The notes under the pieces were generated by a model, which saw nothing but the letters and a program-made list of their open reading frames with translations, was not told where the DNA came from and did no database searches. From Fistulifera solaris (Eukaryota): a DNA stretch of 64,000 nt. The stretch covers positions 496,001-560,000 of the forward strand of contig AP026152.1 of NCBI GenBank assembly GCA_030295235.1, given 5' to 3'. The position numbers and the translations under genes were made by a program. Of this stretch, positions 49,482-62,264 are shown one piece after another (the stretch's first letter is position 1; the number at the start of each line of letters is the position of its first letter).

Positions 49482-50168
49482 GATCCTTTATTCATCTAGC
49501 TAGAAGAGAGCAGCAGAATGAAATAAGGAATAAACGGCCAAGGGGGGCGGCAATCGCATCATCATGGTCGACCGCAAGGAATGCGGAAAAGCAGCATTGC
49601 ATGTCGCGACATGAGAACTACATCTCGTCGTAACGCCAATCACCGTACATTAAAATGCAAGTGTCGTATACCGTATCTATAAAAATGACCAATAATGACA
49701 TACGTAGTATAATTATGACCACATCCCTAATTCCTATGGATTGTAGAGCTAATTGTACGTTTTTTAAAAGAACAATAGAACAAAGAGTAATTTAGATAGT
49801 GCTTAGGGCGTAAGAGTGGTAAAAGATCTACATTGTAGATCACAATCCAGTTCAGAATACGAAACTCACCATATGTTTTGATTGGCCCACTCGGCCCACA
49901 TTCTAGAATTCACCCATACAATAAGTATGGATATTCTATCACTGTAACATTGAAACACAGATTCACATAAGAGTCGCTCAAGAGAGTCACGAGACGATTT
50001 TCGCCTCGCAATCATCATTCTTGCTTCATGATTCTTGCTTCTTGTGTGAACATTCATAAGAACAAAAAGAAAACAAGTGGCACGTGCGGAGCCGTTCATT
50101 CATTGCTGCTCGCGCGCATTCCTTTTTGTCCAAACGCTCTCCAGTTTTCACGCTTTCCGATCATCACC

Positions 50169-50879
50169 ATGGCGTGTCATCCTCCAGCTCCCATCATGAG
50201 AGACCACCGAATACCGGCAACTTATACGGGGTCGTTTGGTCAATCCGGGAAACGACACGGACAGGGAGAACTGCATTGGGGAAATGGTGATATATATATA
50301 GGTAACTTTGTCAATGGGATGAGGGAAGGACACGGCACGCTGGTTTTTGCCTCCGAATCCGGTGATGGTGGTGAATACGTTGGAGAATGGCAAAACAATC
50401 TCATGCACGGCTCTGGAACATGGCGTTATCCCAATGGTGAAATGTACGTGGGAGAGTACAAAGCCGGAAAGCGATACGGCGAAGGCCGCTTCTACCACGC
50501 CAATGGTGATCTGTACGTCGGTTCCTGGTTCAACAATGAAATGCATGGCCTGGGACGATATTATTTCGCCCATGGGCTGCAGTTTGAAGGAACATTTGTA
50601 CGAAACAAACGAAATGGAAAGGGAAAATTGCAACGAGAAGATGGGACAATCGAGATCTTTCAGTACATTAACAATGAACGCGTAGGGCAAGGCGTTCGAT
50701 GGTCGGCCGACCGAAGCAAGGCGTGGAGGCTATGGATACCGAACAAACGCAACATATTGACCGGTCACGCAGTGACATACGAGAGGAAATCAATTTCGAT
50801 TGCGGAAGCTGTAAGTTTGGTTTATGATATCGAACGATGTGCAACAAATCACGATCATCCCTCCTTCATTGCCGCTTGA
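50169..50879 (+). CDS. MORN-repeat protein
   Basis: About 7 repeats of YxGxW/FxNxxxHGxG. Confidence 0.92.
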   Translation: MACHPPAPIMRDHRIPATYTGSFGQSGKRHGQGELHWGNGDIYIGNFVNGMREGHGTLVFASESGDGGEYVGEWQNNLMHGSGTWRYPNGEMYVGEYKAGKRYGEGRFYHANGDLYVGSWFNNEMHGLGRYYFAHGLQFEGTFVRNKRNGKGKLQREDGTIEIFQYINNERVGQGVRWSADRSKAWRLWIPNKRNILTGHAVTYERKSISIAEAVSLVYDIERCATNHDHPSFIAA

Positions 50880-50971
50880 AAAGCCCCTTTCCTCGATCAA
50901 GGGCAAGACATATCCAGACGTTGTAAAGAACTATAGTCATCACATTATGTACCTTTCTATTCAAAATGCTA

Positions 50972-52379
50972 TCACGGAGATAGGCTTTGATAGTTCGGTG
51001 AAGTGCTACCAGCTGAATTTGTCTTCATTTCGGACTTGGCACTGTCATTGAGAAACCACTGAACGTGCTCCTCTGCAGAAAGACCAATTCCGCTGGTTAT
51101 TTTGTGAAGGGGGAGCACAGAAAAAGGTTCTTCCAACTGCACTCCAAGCTCTTCAATACCCAGTAGAAAATAGCTCAACAGCACTGTGATGGGGATCCTG
51201 TGGTACGAGAGATCTGACTGGTGAGAAAGAGACGTAACAGGAGACATCCGTACGTAATTCCTGCTACCATCACCACTTACATGGCAATATGATTCCAACT
51301 ATTCGTAAAATCAGGCCACAGTCCGAGAGGTAACATCAATAGCCACACTTCCAAAAAGCGAGCCAAATGGCGTGTGTACACCAATGGTACTGGTGAGCTA
51401 AGGATTCGATCATTGGCTCCCATGGCATCGCAAAGTTGATTGACCGAATATTCCAGTGTCGCCTTTTGGATATCACTCAGCGGCAAATCATTAATGGCGC
51501 ACGAAATTTCGTAGGTAGCACGAGTGGGCTTATGACGGGCCGCAATCAAATCTTCCGCTAAATCCGGACGCAAATTGGCACGACAGTCTTCGGCATAAGC
51601 CGCATCATCTTCGCGGGCACTCAGCACGTGTCGCGTCATGGAGCGGGGAAAACACCACACGGCCGCTGCCAAACGAGCAATGAGTCTAATTTTGTCACGT
51701 TCGGGAATGTTTGTCTCTTGAAGCCACGCGGCTCCCTGTCGTAGGATGGTGCGAGAGCTGTTGACTATGACGCCCCACGCTTTCCGGGCTTCGTCCCAAC
51801 GTCCGTAGGATGTGTTTGTTTTAAATACTGTAATGACAATGGTCAGAGTGAATCAATCACTTTCGAATATTAAAACGAATAAGGATTCATTAAATAGCAC
51901 GCACCGAGAAGAAGAGAGAGAGCTGGGCTACTGAATGTAAAGAATTCACTTGGCATTTGCAGTGTCGGGAAAAACGGTAAGAGACCTTCGTGATGGACAC
52001 CGTTCAAGTCATCGTACCCCGCGGCCGTCAAACAGTTAATAGCCCACACCGCCGTGGCTACAGCAGTAATAAAGAGGACTTCATTTGTGAGCTGACGAAT
52101 GACACCGGATCGCGTGATGCTCAACAGATTTCCCTTGAATCGATTTCTGGATCGATGTTTTTCCCAATCGGGCTGTGTGTAGAAATTGCGACGAAAAGGT
52201 CGACTTCGTTCACCGTACGATAATCCCGATCCATCATTCCTTGGTACAGTCGAGACATCCAGTGCACTCTTCGATGCTTTGGATGATCCAACGACCGAAG
52301 GCGTAACGAATGCGAATGCTCCGTGAAGCGATGCAGTCAAAGCGATTCCGACTATGAGCTGCCTGGTTGTGAATCTCAT
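50972..52379 (-). CDS. Plastid-targeted bestrophin-like (UPF0187) channel
   Basis: Presequence AFA-FVT; LLLVFKTNTSYGRWDEARKAWG, ILSSPVPLVYTRH, LGIEELGVQLEEPFSVLPL. Introns ~51829-51904 and ~51198-51280. Confidence 0.9.
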
Positions 52380-52782
52380 CCCTTTAACTTACTTCCGGTT
52401 AAATCGTTTGGTAGTTAAAGAATAGCTTATCGAATGAAAGCATGTTTAGAATCTCAACCATTGATCGCCACCATCGCCATATCAAAATCATTAACCGAAC
52501 AAAAAGATACCCCGCGAACAATTCTGTACCTGTTCGCGTCACACTGGCATTATGCCATCTGCTGACAGTGCGGTTCTGCAAAACCAAAACCCGAACCCTT
52601 CGATGCAAATTACTATGACTTGACACTGTACCCCGAAATGCCGAAAGCACGCGACCGACCCGTGCTCATTTTTTCGAAAAATGAAGCGTGTTTGGTATCT
52701 TTTGGGTGGACGCCGATGATCGAGGTGATGGCACAATCTTGCTCATTCTTTTACCACTCACGACAACAGATTGCATCGAACC

Positions 52783-54246
52783 ATGAAGTTTGTATTCTCC
52801 TCGTTCCTTGTTTTGCTCGCCGCGTTGCAGTCGGCGACGGCTCAAGGCATCGACTGTGTCGCGACATGCGTCGACGATGTGTGCACCTTTACGGCTAAAG
52901 TCAACCTCTATGCTGGAGAGCTCGGATACTTTACATTTGAGGAATGTGGTGGCATTCGCAGTCCTACTTTGGGCATCGAATTGGGAAAGACTTACCGCTT
53001 TGTTCAGGTACGAAGAGTGCTGGGGTAATTCTTTCCTCATTTCTGTGTTCTTTGTGGCTCAACGGACGGGGTATCTTACGCACCCTTATTACCACAGGCC
53101 GACCGAACCAATTACTACCATCCATTGGGTTTCGCTTACTTCCCCGATGGTGCTCATGCGGACAAAGATGAACTGGAACCATCCATTGTGCCGCCAGGAT
53201 CCAGCAGCACTTGTAACACGACGGAAACCTGTCCTGCACCCAAGTACTTTCAAGACGGAGTCTACTTGGGAGACTGGATGCACCAAGATACCAGCATCGA
53301 CTCCACGGGAGACTTTGGTCTCGATCATTACGAGCCCAAATTTTTCATCCGCTCGGTGATTGGTTGGGCTATGGTGCTTTTGAAGTTCAACTGACCTTTG
53401 ACGTCGACGACTTTGCTCAGGATTTGTTTTATTTCTGTCACGTAAGTGTTTTACAAGAGAAAAGCTTGCATGGTCAGGACTTATAATTATCGCTAATAAC
53501 CGCGTTTTCGTTTCGCATTTTAGATCCACGAGTTCATGACCGGACGTATCAAGTTAATGAATGAAGCGGGAGAACCATTGGTGGCGGAAAACATCCCTGC
53601 TTTGGAGTACACGTATGATGAGGTCGACGCGTTCGATGAAACGTGCGGTACTTTTAATACTTCCAGCTACCGACTCCCCGATGGAGAGTTTGCCGGTCAG
53701 TGCCCTGAACGCTTTGTCTGCGAAACCGCGGAGTCGCGATTTCTGCAGAGTGACGGCAATACATCGAGCCCCCTACAAGCCTTCTCGACGTGCTTGGATG
53801 CTATGAATTGCGCCATGATGGTTGGAATGACGACCCACGCCACGAGTCCTATTGGTTTATTCATTCATCAGATGATCCCTCACCATCAAAACGCCGTCAA
53901 TATGGCCAAGGCATTGTTAAAAACGGGAGGAATGGGAGCCTGTGAGGATTTGACCAATGAAGAAGATCCCAATTGCATTATGGAATATATGATGTATGAA
54001 ATTATTAATAACCAAAATCATCAGATTCAAACCATGCGAGCCGTCTTGGAGACCTTGCAAGAGCCTGCCTACGCCGATTGTGTCGTAACCGCCGGACACG
54101 ATCACGACGAAGAAGTCACCGGAAGCGATGATGCGTTAGCCAATGAGACAAGCACGAATGGTGAAGGCACTGGTTCATCGGGCGCATGGACTCTGGGTCA
54201 CAGTCTGTTTACCGTCCTAGTTGCAGCTTTATGGATTTTGGCGTAA
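52783..54246 (+). CDS. Secreted, probably GPI-anchored protein with cupredoxin-like motif and DUF305 domain
   Basis: Signal peptide; introns 53008-53097 and ~53442-53523; YFCH|IHEFMTGRI; FIHQMIPHHQNAVNMAKALL; hydrophobic C-terminus after GSSG. Frameshift ~53350. Confidence 0.75.
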
Positions 54247-54459
54247 AAAAGTTTGTCAGTTATAGTGGTTGCCCATAAAAGTAAATATTGAAACCTTATT
54301 AGATAGGTCTGTAATGATAATTATTTGTAAGACTCATGCCCTTCGTGAGCGTTTCGCCACAAACAATGAATGCAGCTGATAAGATAGTTTCTTTCGTGCA
54401 AGCTTTGCTGGGTGGTTTCCATTTATGCGTACAGCCTTTTCCATCTCGCTTCATTTACA

Positions 54460-56437
54460 TCACTTCTCTGGGAGCTTGATTTTTCCCAACATGTTAAAAT
54501 GGTCACCGACAGAGACCAAAGTGTTCGCCGTGATTGCTCCTGAGGCAGCGGTAGCCGGAACGCCGATGCTAGGGAACGTGTAATCTCCGCACATGTAAAA
54601 GCCATTCAGCGGTGTCTTGTGTCCGGGCAAAGTCTGACCTAAGCCTACATCAACACGTGGTCCATAACTTCCCTTGCTTCTTCTTAAAAAATCGCTCGTG
54701 GGTCAAGGGAGTTCCTATTTGCAAAGTCCCAGGAACCAGTCTTTCTCTTGCGTTTGGCACATACTCTTCAAAGCAACTCCAGAGAAAGTCTGCAGCTTCT
54801 TCTTTTTCTTTCGATATTCCTCGGAATTCCTATCCATGTTCTCCCACCATTCATCTGTTAAAACTTGTAAGCATGCATCCAAAATGCATCTTGAAAACAA
54901 AAGTAAAAGTACTTACATGGCTCTGTTGCTGGTGTGTAACAGTGTATCTGTGGAAACGTCAAAACTTGCACTGAGTGTCGGCGATGATTGCACGAAAGTG
55001 ATGCTCATCAGCTTACCACATGTTTGCCTTCAGGTGCCATGCTAGGATCTATCAAAGAGGGCATGCTGCACAATACAATATTGCGAGGAGCTTCCACGCC
55101 TCCCGGTAGATTCCAATCTCGAATCACAGCCCATTGTGCAGGGGAAATCGGCGCTCGCTTCGGTCGGCAGACCGGTTGCGTCAATACCCGCATGAAGATG
55201 AATAAATGACCTCAGATCTTTTACTCCTCCTTCTGCCGGGTCTGTACTGATCATTTTGTCCATGTGTGCTACCATTTCCTTTGAAAGTGCGCTACTTTTC
55301 TTTGCGGATGACAATAGCAGGTTGGTGACGTACGGATCCGCATTCGACACAACGGCTTCCTTCGCCCTTACAACTTTCCCACCTCTTAACCTTACTCCAA
55401 CGGCCTTTCCATTTTCAACTAGGATTTCGTCCACGTGACTATTCAAACACACCTTGGAAGGAGAGTGTTTACGAACGGCTCGAACGAGCGCATTAACAAT
55501 AGCCCCGAACCTCCTTTTGGATAATCCAATGTCACCCCCGGACGATACCAATCGGCCAACATGTACGACATGACCGTGTTAAGTGTACCTCGTGCGGGAA
55601 GTCCTTGCAAAAGAAAGCACAGCATATCGAGCCAATTGCGAACAAATTCATCCTTGATTTGCATCTCATCCATGATGTTACCGAATGGTTCCGTCAGCTT
55701 GGATCCTTGTGAAAATGTCATGAGCAACTCTTTGGGATATTTCAAAAGCGTCAAAACGACCGCCGGATCTTCTCGCAACGCCATAGACGTCAATGCCTGC
55801 GAGGCATCCGACAAGGGTTTCATTCGTTCCATTAATGCGGCAAACTCGGCTTGTGCGTGCGGACCTCCGTATTTTTGTAATACATCTCCAAATTCTTCCG
55901 GACCAATTTTGGCGGCGAATTTTTCTCCACTCGGTAACACGGTCCCCCAACGATCGTATTTGATCCATTCACAATCTTCTCCGACAATTTGAAAGATGTT
56001 TTTGAGCGGATTTGGGGATCGTTCGGAACTAAACCCCGAATAGAGGGATGGTCCGCTCTCAAAATGAAAGCCGCGTCGTTCCCATGTGTGAGCGCATCCG
56101 CCCGGTGCATCGTGTGACTCCAAAATCACCACTTTATATTCGACAAAAGAGCAGAAATCAGAGAGAGAAAAATGGAATCGACAGAGCAATGGATAATGCA
56201 TCACCGTCATTCCTTACCCACTTTATATCTTACCATTCTTTTGCAATGCGACAAAAGAGCCCCACACGAAAGACCTGCCAAGCCTGAACCTATGATAACG
56301 ACATCGGCCTCAGAGGGAACTTCATCACTTTTCACCGTTGCCGATAAGTGCGATGATCTGCCGACAACTTGGGCAGGGCCAAAGGCATTCACACAGGACG
56401 CCATAGAGCAAAGACAAAGTGCAGAATGCAATTTCAT
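54460..56437 (-). CDS. Carotenoid isomerase (CRTISO)-like FAD oxidoreductase, plastid-targeted
   Basis: VNA-FGP presequence; IIGSGLAGLSC, PGGCAH, FESGPSLYSG, YPKGG, GTPLTHERFLRR, CGDYTFP. Several introns and frameshifts. Confidence 0.88.
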
Positions 56438-56773
56438 GATTTTTTCCTTATGCAGATGCACCTTCTATCTCCCAGCTGCTTGCAGAGTTGTCAATGGTTT
56501 GGTTCTCGCTATTCTAAGCCTACTCGTCATCGTCATCGTATCGCGATCATGGCTATACTTTTATCTTTTTGCGCGAGGAAAACGAATGAGGTGGTAAAAT
56601 TTCGATCCGGTATTCAAAGGAATTATTTGGAGTACCGTTTCCTTCTGGATCGGTACTCATCCGTTGACGCCAAATTTTCCTCATATTTTGCGTCCGTTGA
56701 AAAACCGAGGTGCACCGCCCCGAACAACAAACAAACCACTCAACAATTCTGCCATCTCTTACCTTTCTTAACC

Positions 56774-59049
56774 ATGAAGTCTTGGTTTATACAGCATTCG
56801 AGCCGCTTGTGGTCGTGGCTGCCCAGTAGCAAGACGTCCATTTTATTGGCCTGTATGGTGACGTGGGCATTGAGCATCACTACGGTCTCACGATGTACAT
56901 TTGTTCGGCAACGATCGCTTTCGGGCGAAACTCCTTCGATCGAATTGGGAATGTTCTCGAAAGCCGTCTACGATGACCGTGGTAGCCTTTTAGGATGCGT
57001 GTCTTACACGGACACCCATTTTGATGCCATGTTTCGAGTGGCCCGCATCGCCGGTGTCATCTCTTCTGTCTGCAGTACCATGGTATTGTTCGGCGTGTCG
57101 GCGGCGATTCTTTTTGTCCTCGTGCTTGCAACAGCCTCTGGTCCTGGTCTCGTTTTCTCCTGGCCACGGGCACGGTGGCACAGCTCTTTACTTTTTCGAT
57201 CATGAATAGCACACAATGTCAGGGCGGAGACACATCCTGCCAACTCCATAGTGTCGGAAAGTTGACCATCTTCAATATTCTGTTACTGGCCGGACTGGCA
57301 GTCGCGTTGTTTTGGGAGAATCGACCGTTTCATCCTGCACTATATTTACGGGCCGATGCACTCGAAACGGATACCATTTTGAGTGACCGGACTCCTCCCC
57401 ATCACACCAAAACAAATGGCGCTCAACACACACATCCCAATCGTAGCACAGAAGATATGCAAGAGACGGGTCAAGTCCATCATGCCTCGCTACAAGGGCA
57501 AATCGAAGCATATGGCTTTGTCGACCCGTCGAGCAGTGTCGCCGAAAATGAATTGAGCATTCAGCATTTGAGAAGCTTTCGGTTTCTTACCATGCTTCTC
57601 GTCACTGTGGCTTGGATTGTGTCAATTGTGGGGACCAGTCGCTGTACGCTCTTGCTGGTAGGACCGAATGGTGGATCTCGCGCGGACTATGCCGGACTCG
57701 GACTTTTCAGCCGTGCGGCCTACGACGACTCAATCTCATTGGGTGTCTGGCCTATCCGAAGTACGCCACGAACGATTTTGACGCAGCCTTCCAGGCCAGT
57801 CGAGTGTTTGGAGCGATTGCCGCATTTTGTTGTCCGCAATCTTCTTTTTGTGCAGTCTTCTGCTCTTTTCAAACGAGCCAAGGATGAGATCTGGATTATC
57901 ACGAGGATTCTAATGCCCTGTGCCACAATATCGCAACTATTGGTGTTTGTGGCGTTCAAGACCAAGACTTGTTCCGCATCTGATCTGATAGAATGTCGTC
58001 CCGGACCGTCTGCGGTTGTTGTGATCCTGAACGTTTTTCTTCTTGTTGTACTTTCTGTCGGGTTTTTCATTTTTCCGCCGCCACCTGGACCAATTTTCCG
58101 GTTTCACAATGATCAAAGTGATACATCTACGATGGTATCTCGTCCGAATCGACAGGATGGACAAAATGCAGTGAGCACACCAGAAAGGGCGCAGAATGGA
58201 AAACGGAACCATTCGAGGAGAGTAGTTGCGGTTCGACCTCCCGGATCTCCCATATCGGCTACGTCACTCGATCTTCCCAGTCTGGAGCACTCGCCATGTC
58301 CAGATCGGTCTCATCATGATACTTCAAACTCGAGCGAGAATCCGCCGAAGCGAGTACGCATTGCCGCCGAGCCTGCCGAAACCATCATGGTGCAAGTGGA
58401 GTATACGGAAAAGGAAAAGCGTACTACCAAGACTGTCACTCATCCAGATGGATCGAAAACAATAACAACAACCATCGAACGATATCAAGACCCGAAAACT
58501 AAGAATATCAAGAAGAAAACAAAGCCGTTACCGCAAGCCAAGGAATCGGCCCCGGCTCGAACACAAAAACCAATCATTCCAGCACAAAAAGATATGCCAA
58601 AAAGGGAGGAGGCGACCAAGGCAAAAACGTTTGAACCAAAGCAATCTAGTGTGACGACAATCCCAGACGCAGCGACGAAACCATTGGAAGCTTCCGGTGA
58701 CGGACCTCAAGTGCCTGAATTTTTCCTCAAACTAGGCTCTCTGAAGAAAACCGATTGTCTTTCTGCACAGGAAATGGCCGAACAGGCTAAACAACAAAGC
58801 GCCGAAGTCGAAAAAGTGGTAAGTTGACCAAATGCAGACCAAGGATTGTGTTGTTCACCTGATTCAAAACTAACCAACCTTGTTTGTTATGCACAGGAGA
58901 AGCCAAGGCCTGTTTTACCAAAGGATTTCTTTGAGCAAAAGGATCCTACGTCTATGGCGAACAACCCTGACGACAAAGAAGCATCAAACGAACCAATAAC
59001 TCCCGGTGTAAAGAATCTTCGAGAAATGTTTGAAAAGAGTACAAAATAG
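56774..59049 (+). CDS. Multi-pass membrane protein with two tandem claudin-like 4-TM modules and a low-complexity tail
   Basis: Duplicated SRCT..LGxFSxAxYDD..GC..Y..FDAxFxxxRxxG. Frameshifts ~57120, ~57730, ~57830; intron ~58819-58896. Confidence 0.65.
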
Positions 59050-59190
59050 TCAACGTAGCGTATATTAGTGCATATGTTTTTATAACAGTTACGGTATTGT
59101 TGGCAAAAGGCTTTGAGTTAACCGAAAATAGTCTGTGCAAAGTGATTGAATCGCAACGCCAGAGCGAGTCGCGATGAACCAGAGCAAAAC

Positions 59191-60415
59191 TTAATCTTCC
59201 TTAAGATGTAAATATTTCGGATCAGCCAGTTTTCTTGGTTTGTAAAACAGTTTAAAGCCGAAAAGAGTCCAGCCACGATGAAAAAGTATCCCGGACCCAA
59301 AAAGACGGTAGCAAATGTACTGTTTCGTCCACCAAATATCGATGTAGTGCCCATTATGAGAGTCTTGGAGCCCCGAAACCTTTGCACAACGTAGTTGTTG
59401 TTGATTTGAAAGGTTATCTTTTCACCCGCGGCGATCGGTTGATCAATCCATCCATACAATTTTCGAAAGTCGGGATTCACAGCAATCCGCATCCAAACGG
59501 CAAAATGTTCATTTTGAACATGCTCCAAAGGACTGACGATCTTGGGATAGGTTTCATACAAATACTGAACCGTATCTTCATCAGGATAAAAGTAGCGATA
59601 ACAAAGGCCGTCTCTCTTGTCTACCGCTGGCTCTTGACACGACCAATCCTCACCTTCGCAACACGCTGGTGTGCATCCAATATCGTCGGGACATACCTCT
59701 TTTTAAAACCTCGCGCGGGCTGAAATTTGTACTCAAGATCCGTTCCCCACGCGATTCCCTCTTCGATCATTTGCAGATCCGCCCCGGACGCATCTTTGCC
59801 TTCAACTAACGTAATGATATCATTGAACATGGTGTTGGCCGTCAATCCGCAAGGATTTAGGTAAATGTTGCCCAATTTGTGCAGCGGACTGCAAAGAGAT
59901 CATCACCGGTGATGGTCTCCCCCGCAACTGATACTCATCGCGATTCGTATAATAACTGCGATGATTCTGATAGAAATTACTGAGTTCATAATGAATAAAG
60001 ATCGGCGGATTCATATCCCGGGGTGCCGTCAGCGTAATATTGCAATTGTGATCCGCATTGTACGTATTGTTAATGCCACATTGCCGGACAATCGGATCGT
60101 CGTCATGACCATAAGCGTCGTACGTGACTTTCATTTCCACGACGTCTTTCTGAATGGAATCAATTTTGTAGCCTTTCAAAGACAAGCGAAAGGTCAGAAT
60201 CGGTTATTGAAGCACTTCCGAGTTGAATTACACATACCGACGGGTACCATGATAATTCCAAGATAAAGCAATGCGATACTGACCCATTTCGGGTCCAAAA
60301 TAGGTGACCATGCTTCGATTCTCTGCTGATTGAAGGCATTATCGACCGGCCGATTGAGTTGCTCCGACGGATCCAGCGCAGACTCGTTCTCGTCATCGTG
60401 TTCGCTGCCTGCCAT
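59191..60415 (-). CDS. CDC50/LEM3 flippase beta subunit
   Basis: AFNQQRIEAWSPIL, YELSNFYQNHRSY, PCGLTANTMFND, NEHFAVWMR, FRKLYG, GGRN. Intron ~60174-60237; frameshifts. Confidence 0.92.
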
Positions 60416-60929
60416 TCTTATAAGCTTATTACAGGATTAGAGACCAAGATAAGTCTATGAAAGAGAAACAATCGGTTATTATACCATGTACTGTAGCGAG
60501 GTCTTTTGTTGTTTGCGTTCGTTTTGCTTTGGGCGGTCGTCGCCTTGTTGCGGTCTTTTTTTGCCAAGTGCGGCCACTCAGTACCGGTCCGGCATTTTTT
60601 CGTAGGAACGACGAGGAAGCTCCGCAGCGAGTATGAAACAAAGAGAACGTTTCGACTATACGAGTGAAATGTTCCGTTACGAGTACACATCGTTATTGAC
60701 TAGATTCCGTTGGTGTTGGTATATAGGTCTTAATGTATATTACTTTTTCTTTTTCTGTTTTTTACATAAGCAGTACCCTTTAAATAGATCTGTAATGAGC
60801 GAGGCGGTGTGATGGATGCATGTTTTTGCTTTTTGTCAACACAAAAATGGGCAAAGAGCTTGATGACACTGGTGCCATTTCTATCCTTCTCAAACGATCT
60901 CTAGAAAAAAGTCTTAGGACAAGCCAAAC

Positions 60930-61217
60930 ATGAACTCCATGTCCTTTCTGTTGCTGGGGATGCTGATCAGCTATGCCCAAGGCGAACAATATCTCCGTGC
61001 TTTACCAGGGGCCGAGGATTACTTTGATATGCATCGAATTTCTTCCATTGAACTCGGCTTTGCTGCGGGAGTTTCCGCGACAGTTCTTCTCTTAATTCTC
61101 TTTATTTGCTGCTGTTGCTGCGGTAGATGGAGTCTGTGGGATATTGTGGCATTAGTCTGTATATGGGATATGTGTTGTGATCGAAGGGGCGTCGATCCGT
61201 GCTTTGTCGCATTGTAA
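60930..61217 (+). CDS. Small signal-peptide + TM protein with Cys-rich tail
   Basis: Signal peptide, LRAL, TM, then CCCCCGRWSLWD..CIWDMCCD. Confidence 0.6.
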   Translation: MNSMSFLLLGMLISYAQGEQYLRALPGAEDYFDMHRISSIELGFAAGVSATVLLLILFICCCCCGRWSLWDIVALVCIWDMCCDRRGVDPCFVAL

Positions 61218-61649
61218 TGTGAAATGCATGGTGATGGTCGGTCGCCCTTAGCTTATCTACTGCACATATGAATCAAAAATGCTGATTATACATGCAATGA
61301 ACCGAATGATATTCAGAAAAAGACTTACACGCAAAGCAAAGAGCGCTTTGTAACGTCACTTTCGGTCTCATGCTTTCGAACTCTTTGAACACATTATGAC
61401 AAGGGTCTTTGAGTTTCTTACAATGCTTACTTTTTACCAATAACAAGACGCGAGCAAGCAAGTAAGTTTGGTGAGCTAGTCCTTGCAGACGTCGCACGAA
61501 CTCATGTTTGTGGTGTTTGATTCCGTTTTCGAAGATAGTCAAATTAGCTTAAACGGAGTAAATAGTTAAACAGATTGTACCGCCCAATTATTTTGAAGCA
61601 GTAATTTCAATGAACTCAAGTGATTTCGTCAGGGCTTTAAATTAACCAT

Positions 61650-62264
61650 TTATGCCTGCAATTCGTTGTGATCATCCTCGCAAAAGCTGTCCTCTTTTGT
61701 AAGACCCGGCCAATTGACTGAACAGAATTCGACCCAACTTTGCTGCTTGAGTACAGCATCGTCGCAGTCATACTGTTCTTTTGAAGCTACATGAATCGAC
61801 TTGTTCGGATTTTCGCGGCAGTATACGGCACTGCGACCCCATTGATCCTCAGTAAACCTTTTATTGTGTCCACCCCATAAACAAATGGGCTTTTGGGCAA
61901 TCACCGCACTCGATTGCAGCTCACCGAGTGTGTGCAATACACGACCACAAGAAGCCCCACACCAGCCGTCCTTTTGAATTGGCCAGTTCACGACCAAGCC
62001 ACAGACACGAAACTCTTGTACAACAGATGACAGTTCGTCGAGTACTTGCGAGCGCAACCGTTTGCGATTGTTGACCAACTTGTGCTCCAAGCGTATCGAC
62101 GGAATGGCTTCCGGTGACTCTCCTAAAGAAGGATGCGAAGCTACCGTAAGATCCATTTGTTGCTTGCGTATGGTGACATTGAGAACGCTCCCTGACGCTT
62201 TGTGCCAGTCGAGTGCTTGAGCGATACGCTTGGGTGACTTGAGCAGATGAGTGATGGATGACAT
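61650..62264 (-). CDS. YqgF/RuvX-like RNase H-fold protein (degenerate)
   Basis: VLDELSSVVQEFRVCGLVVNWPIQKDGWCGASCGRV resembles the YqgF core. Start uncertain (ORF open to 62459). Confidence 0.55.
   Translation of the reverse strand: MSSITHLLKSPKRIAQALDWHKASGSVLNVTIRKQQMDLTVASHPSLGESPEAIPSIRLEHKLVNNRKRLRSQVLDELSSVVQEFRVCGLVVNWPIQKDGWCGASCGRVLHTLGELQSSAVIAQKPICLWGGHNKRFTEDQWGRSAVYCRENPNKSIHVASKEQYDCDDAVLKQQSWVEFCSVNWPGLTKEDSFCEDDHNELQA

Noticed and set aside
49800..49862. tRNA-like stretch (AGTGGTAA, GATCTACATTGTAGATC hairpin, GTTCAGAAT)
   Set aside because: No acceptor stem or proper T-arm could be formed; tRNAscan-SE would decide.
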